A DNA stretch of 64,000 nucleotides, taken from contig CBDCCK010000002.1 of assembly GCA_965214835.1 (NCBI GenBank), positions 2,048,001 to 2,112,000 on the forward strand. Direction: 5' to 3'. Origin of the DNA: Nitrosopumilaceae archaeon. Lineage in GTDB: Archaea > Thermoproteota > Nitrososphaeria > Nitrososphaerales > Nitrosopumilaceae. Position 1 is the first letter of the stretch. The number at the start of each line of letters is the position of its first letter. The notes under the pieces are model-generated. The model was not told where the DNA came from, did not search any database, and saw nothing but the letters and a program-made list of their open reading frames with translations. The translations under genes were made by a program, and so were the position numbers. Positions 59,463 to 64,000 of this stretch are shown piece after piece.

Positions 59463-60104
59463 ATGGTTGTGGATTTCTCCGATATCTTCCCCTTTGCGCC
59501 CGAGGTCGGCTATCTGGGGCTGGGCCTGGTCAGCTTTTTTGGCTCCCTGATTCCGTTTGTGCCGATCCCGAGCTTTATCCTGCTGGCAACCATGGCCGTA
59601 GGCGATCAGTACAACCTGCACATCTTGGTGTTCCTGTCTGCAGCGCTTTCTGCAGGCGCCAAGCAGATTATTTTCTACCTGAGCTACGGGGGACGGAGGA
59701 TCATCTCTGAAAAGTCAAAGATGCGGATGAGGCCGTTTCAAAAGCTGGTCCGACGGTATGGTGCCGCTGCCGCGTTTGCCGCAGCTGCCACCCCGATTCC
59801 AGATGATCTGGTCTATGTCCCGCTGGGCCTGGCAAAGTACAACCCGAAGAGGTTCTTTGTTGCCACGCTTACCGGCAAGGTCGTCCTGCACTATGTCATA
59901 GTCCTGATCTCCCACTTTTTGGGACTCTCCCTTGTCGAGCCGTTTCTGGAGGGTGTCGAGGACGCAGGCACCGTCCATGCCGGGGTAGTCGTATTTGGCA
60001 TAATAATGACCGCATTTGTCGTCCTGCTCCTGAGGCTTGACTGGCACAGGCTGCTGGGAAGGTTTGCCCCCTGGACGCTTGATGACTCTGACGAGAAGGA
60101 CTAG
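59463..60104 (+). CDS. DedA/VTT-family membrane protein
   Basis: PFVPIP, ATPIPDD, hydrophobic segments. Confidence 0.88.
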   Translation: MVVDFSDIFPFAPEVGYLGLGLVSFFGSLIPFVPIPSFILLATMAVGDQYNLHILVFLSAALSAGAKQIIFYLSYGGRRIISEKSKMRMRPFQKLVRRYGAAAAFAAAATPIPDDLVYVPLGLAKYNPKRFFVATLTGKVVLHYVIVLISHFLGLSLVEPFLEGVEDAGTVHAGVVVFGIIMTAFVVLLLRLDWHRLLGRFAPWTLDDSDEKD

Positions 60105-60661
60105 ATGCTTATTTTGTAGTTCCATTTCTTGTCGGCTGCCTTGCTGATCCCGATCCTTGCCGAGGCTCGGATCCTTATTTTTTCGCCCATCCCCTCTGCA
60201 ATGAACAGCTCCCCCCTTTTGGAAAGATCCGCCCCATAAAGCCTCCCGTCGATCCCCATGGCCTGCGTCAGCTTTGCAGGACCGTCTGCCAGCTCCTCAA
60301 ACCTTTTATTCTTCCTGTTTTTTGCCATCATGTCGACTCCCCTGTCCGGCCTGACTGCCCGGATCAGAACCGCCCCGGCCTTGACATGCTGGCTTTTGGC
60401 AACCGCATTTACGCAATAGTACATCCCGTATGTAAAGTATATGTACGCCATTCCGACCTCACCGAACATCGCCCTGTTCCTCTCCGTCATCCCCGCGTAG
60501 GCGTGGCTTGCAGGATCCCCGCGGTGCTTGTAGGCCTCCGTCTCTATAATCGTGCCTGAGATTGTCGTCCCTCCAATCCTTCTGACCAGCCTTTTGCCCA
60601 GCAGCTCCCTTGCGACAACCGAGGTGTCCCTCGAATAAAACTCCCTAGGAAGCAATTTCAT
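60101..60661 (-). CDS. mpg: DNA-3-methyladenine glycosylase
   Basis: IIETEAY, DPASHA, YFTYGMY, AVLIRA, GPAKL, RIGI. Confidence 0.93.
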   Translation of the reverse strand: MKLLPREFYSRDTSVVARELLGKRLVRRIGGTTISGTIIETEAYKHRGDPASHAYAGMTERNRAMFGEVGMAYIYFTYGMYYCVNAVAKSQHVKAGAVLIRAVRPDRGVDMMAKNRKNKRFEELADGPAKLTQAMGIDGRLYGADLSKRGELFIAEGMGEKIRIRASARIGISKAADKKWNYKISI

Positions 60662-61235
60662 AGTCAATCTTGATCTTCTCACCACTCTTGATTTTTTGCG
60701 TCGTTTTTACCAGCTTCATGATATCTTCCTCCAGCGTTGGGACGAGCCTTTGATTGTATATTGCAGCTGCCGGATGCAGGCTGATAAAGTACAGGTTGCC
60801 TCCCTTGGAGAATATCCTGCCCCTGTATTTCATGATGTTCGAGCCGCCTAGCAGCGAGCCAAACGCCGTATTTCCCATCACGCAGATGATCCGGGGCCTG
60901 ATGATCCTGATCTCGTCTTTGAGATGGCCGCTGCAGGCAGTCCTCTCATCCTGCAGCGGAACCCTGTTGCCGGGCGGCCTGCACTTTACCACGTTTGTAA
61001 TGTATACCTCCTCCCTGGTGATTCCGGCCTTTTCCAGGGCAGATGACAGCCTTTTTCCAGCCGCCCCCACGAACGGTTTCCCGTCCCTGTCCTCGCCCCT
61101 TCCCGGCGCCTCTCCGACAAAGACTATCTCCGCGTTAGCACTCCCCTTTCCAGGAACCGGATTTGTGCGCGTCCTGCATAGCCTGCAGCTCCTGCATTCA
61201 ATCACGCTGTCCCTGACATCCCCGATTCTCATCAT
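60645..61235 (-). CDS. udg: Family 4 uracil-DNA glycosylase
   Basis: CRSCRL, GEAPG, PFVG, VKCRPPGNR, HPAA. Confidence 0.93.
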   Translation of the reverse strand: MMRIGDVRDSVIECRSCRLCRTRTNPVPGKGSANAEIVFVGEAPGRGEDRDGKPFVGAAGKRLSSALEKAGITREEVYITNVVKCRPPGNRVPLQDERTACSGHLKDEIRIIRPRIICVMGNTAFGSLLGGSNIMKYRGRIFSKGGNLYFISLHPAAAIYNQRLVPTLEEDIMKLVKTTQKIKSGEKIKIDYEIAS

Positions 61236-62644
61236 TCCACGCTCTTTACCGTCGCAGTACCTCTCACGCTTGGACCCCCGTTTCCCATCATCATTGGCTG
61301 CATGGGGTCGCCCTTGCCGCAGTTTGTAATCGGCCTGACCGTAAAGTCCCTGCCGCAGGCATCAACTGATCTGAGGAATTCCGGGGCCGTCCCCATCACT
61401 ATGACGTCCCTTGCAAGATCCCTGACCTCCCCATTCTCAATTTTGTTTGCATACTGGCAGGAAATACTCCAGCTGTACCGATACATGTCAATTGACGGAA
61501 CCCTCATGCCTGATATCAGGTATCCTGACCTGACATCCCTTATCATCTCATCGGGATCAAAGTCGCCCCCGTCTATGCACGTGCAGGCCATCCTGATCAG
61601 TGGCATGTGGCAGTATGAGGCCGCCCTCATGTTTGCGGTGGGCCGCACGTCAAAGCATTCTGCAGTCTCCCTACTTTGAAGGTGGTTTTTGAGGATCCCG
61701 TCCTTTACCAAGTCCGTCCTTGATGACTTTACCCCCTCATCGTCAAACTCATACCATCCCAATGATCCGCGTATGGTTGGATCGTCAAACACCGTAAGGT
61801 GCTCTGAGCCTACCCGTTCCCCGCTTTTTCCTGCCCACCACGAGCCTCCAGCCCAGGCCATCTCCCTTCCCATGACCCTGTCTGCCTCGGAGGGGTGTCC
61901 GAGGATCTCATGCGCTAGCAGGCCAACAAAGTCCGGGTTTAGCACCACAGTCGTTTTCTCCTCCCCTGCAGGCCTTGCACAGACCAGCTCTGATGCCTTG
62001 AGTGCACTGTCCCTTGACCTTGCGACCAGATCATTGCGCCCAACTATCTGCTCTAGCCCGCCCCTGCCCCCCTCTGTGGTGTTGACTGACTGGGTGATTC
62101 CGCCGTCGTGGGCCGTAGCCGTGGTCTCTCCAACCGTATCCGTATAGTCCTGCTCGATGCGGCTGCCCTCGCTACTGCAAAAAATCTTTTTCGTTGTACC
62201 CCACGTGATGCTAGTAAGTGATTTTCTGACGTTGCTGACCTCTCTGATTACAGAGTCGCACTGAAGGCCGATCTCCACTGCCGCGTCCAGCTCCGGCGGC
62301 GTGCTTGCCGGATAGGCCACCGTCTTGACCGTACCGGGACTCTGCCTCAGCTTTACCTTGGTTTTTCTGTGCCCTGATGCGTGTTCTGCGTTTTTTACCG
62401 CCCCTGCAAGCGACCTTCTGACCCGTTCCCGACTCGCTGGGTGCGACAATGCCGCAAATGCCCATGCCCCGTTTTTGAGAACCCTGACCCCCATTCCGCT
62501 GTCAGATAGAGCGTGGTACGTGACCTCCCCGTTATCAACAGAGACCTTTCGTTTTTCTGTCTCCTCTGTCCTGACATCGCAGTACTCGCATCCCAGCTTT
62601 AGTGCAAGCCTTATCGCCGAGCCTGCAAGCGCCTGTAAGCTCAT
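61232..62644 (-). CDS. tldD: TldD-family metalloprotease
   Basis: HEILGH, DDEGV, CGKG. Confidence 0.9.
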   Translation of the reverse strand: MSLQALAGSAIRLALKLGCEYCDVRTEETEKRKVSVDNGEVTYHALSDSGMGVRVLKNGAWAFAALSHPASRERVRRSLAGAVKNAEHASGHRKTKVKLRQSPGTVKTVAYPASTPPELDAAVEIGLQCDSVIREVSNVRKSLTSITWGTTKKIFCSSEGSRIEQDYTDTVGETTATAHDGGITQSVNTTEGGRGGLEQIVGRNDLVARSRDSALKASELVCARPAGEEKTTVVLNPDFVGLLAHEILGHPSEADRVMGREMAWAGGSWWAGKSGERVGSEHLTVFDDPTIRGSLGWYEFDDEGVKSSRTDLVKDGILKNHLQSRETAECFDVRPTANMRAASYCHMPLIRMACTCIDGGDFDPDEMIRDVRSGYLISGMRVPSIDMYRYSWSISCQYANKIENGEVRDLARDVIVMGTAPEFLRSVDACGRDFTVRPITNCGKGDPMQPMMMGNGGPSVRGTATVKSVE

Positions 62645-62770
62645 AACCTGTCAACTGTAGCGGCGATTAAAAATCTTTGATCACCGGGGGCGCCTCCATA
62701 CGTGGCGTGCCCACACGTGCTGAAAGAGCTCCCGTCCGGGGCTGTGACAAGGCCTGCAAGTCTTTTGAGG

Positions 62771-62902
62771 CTATTCTGATGATCTCATTGCGGACATGGT
62801 ATAGTAATACTCGTCCTCAAAACCGTCGTCGTTTTTCCCGTGCATGCGGAGTGCGTTAAAGTATTCCATGCAGTCCTTGTAAAACTTGGCATTGCTGCTC
62901 AT
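62771..62902 (-). CDS. 43-aa small protein, below ORF-track cutoff
   Basis: MSSNAKFYKDCMEYFNALRMHGKNDDGFEDEYYYTMSAMRSSE. Confidence 0.55.
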   Translation of the reverse strand: MSSNAKFYKDCMEYFNALRMHGKNDDGFEDEYYYTMSAMRSSE

Positions 62903-63043
62903 AGTCTGGATTGGAATGTGCGGATTTTTTTGTAATGGTGAGCTTAATTAGATTCCCCGGGTTGGCATGTTACACCACGGAGTCTGGATTCGTTCGTTCC
63001 TGCGGCTGAGCGCCTGCCATGGGAGGGGGGCCTGCTGAGCCTC

Positions 63044-63133
63044 CGTAGTACGCACATCAAGAATTGCAACATAATTTTGACATATCGTGTCTATTTCGAT
63101 AAGAAAATATCCCTTTCATCTGTGCGCACTACG
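63044..63133 (+). repeat. MITE family D, copy 3
   Basis: Matches 8638-8731; CGTAG...CTACG ends. Confidence 0.75.
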
Positions 63134-63428
63134 CCTGTCTCCACCGATGAGCATGGCCCCGCCACGGATGATGCAGGAGGTAGTATCATTTCCCCGTTTT
63201 CGACTAGCTGCATGTTCGGGCCGGTTGCCGGGCAGATAGAGTGTTTTTCTAGCTCTGGCCTTGGCGCCGGAACCATCCGGATCACCGCAGGAGACGATCA
63301 AGGCATGGCTGGCGCCCGCATCCTAGATCCGCATCCTTGTCCGAGCCGCCGGGTTTTGCCGGTGCTGCGAGGATTGCCTGTGACGCCCGCATAGTTACGG
63401 TTATTAATAAACAATTTTGAGGCATTTT

Positions 63429-64000
63429 ATGACCTCCATTGTAATTGATACAAGCATCCTAGTCAACGGGGAGATAGTCCGGCTTGTCCAAAACGGCATG
63501 CTCGATGACTCTGAAATCATAATTCCGACTGCCGTCTTAGACGAGCTGCAGTCCCAGGCGTCCCAAAAAAAGGAGCAGGGATATGTAGGCCTCGGAGAGA
63601 TCAAGCAGCTTAGAAAGCTGTCTGCAGGCTCCCATATCACGATAAAGTTCGAAGGCGAGCATCCCTCGCTAGATGACGTGATGCTGTCCGAAAGCGGGCG
63701 CATAGACGCCATAATCAAGGACGTGGCCAAATCCCACAACTCCACCCTCTTTACATCCGACCGTGCGCAGTCCATGGCTGCCGAAGCCGAGGGCATCCAG
63801 GTCCAGTATCACTCTCCTAGAACCCGCGGTGATAACCTTGAATTTCTAAAGTTTTTTGACGACAAGACCATGAGCGTGCATCTCAAGGAGGACCTTCCGC
63901 CAATGGCAAAGCGGGGACTCCCTGGAAATTTTGAACTGACAAAGGTTGATGACGAGCTGCTGACGCGTGACTATCTGCAGGAGATTACAAACGAGATTGT
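63429..64000 (+). CDS. PIN-domain ATPase (PINA type), 3'-partial
   Basis: Manual translation MTSIVIDTSILV...AVLDELQSQA...LFTSD...FFDDKTMSVHLKE. Confidence 0.88.
   Translation, partial: MTSIVIDTSILVNGEIVRLVQNGMLDDSEIIIPTAVLDELQSQASQKKEQGYVGLGEIKQLRKLSAGSHITIKFEGEHPSLDDVMLSESGRIDAIIKDVAKSHNSTLFTSDRAQSMAAEAEGIQVQYHSPRTRGDNLEFLKFFDDKTMSVHLKEDLPPMAKRGLPGNFELTKVDDELLTRDYLQEITNEI

Noticed and set aside
25-63796. Many long antisense or overlapping ORFs (e.g. 25-537, 50106-50975, 63404-63796)
   Set aside because: Shadows of real genes in GC-rich sequence, with no motifs of their own

Overview
64-kb window from an ammonia-oxidising archaeon (Nitrosopumilaceae-type gene set) that by eye is unusually GC-rich and very IS-rich. 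Core genes: sucCD, Dps-like, NDH-2, ileS, folD/5-FCL, purN, glycerate kinase, malonic-semialdehyde-reductase-like Fe-ADH, LLM oxidoreductase, uvrBAC, citrate synthase, mpg/udg/tldD and a PINA ATPase. The window opens with a tyrosine integrase beside an intron-containing tRNA-Val(CAC). It carries IS66, IS5, IS3, IS6, IS630, IS481 and ISH3 elements plus about six MITE families, many with readable TIRs and TSDs. Best leads: (1) a 12.1-kb segment (21498-33604) bounded by inverted IS6-type ends and an exact 8-bp direct repeat, carrying a low-GC three-gene orphan operon (COMMD-like, basic/helical, SRA-like) and an IS5>IS66>IS3 nest; (2) an IS-split gene for a secreted protein with four His/Glu helical repeats fused to a blue-copper domain; (3) decayed MITE copies that appear to record AT-to-GC drift. 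No CRISPR array or rRNA was seen. All assignments are by eye and from memory of protein families; no searches were run.
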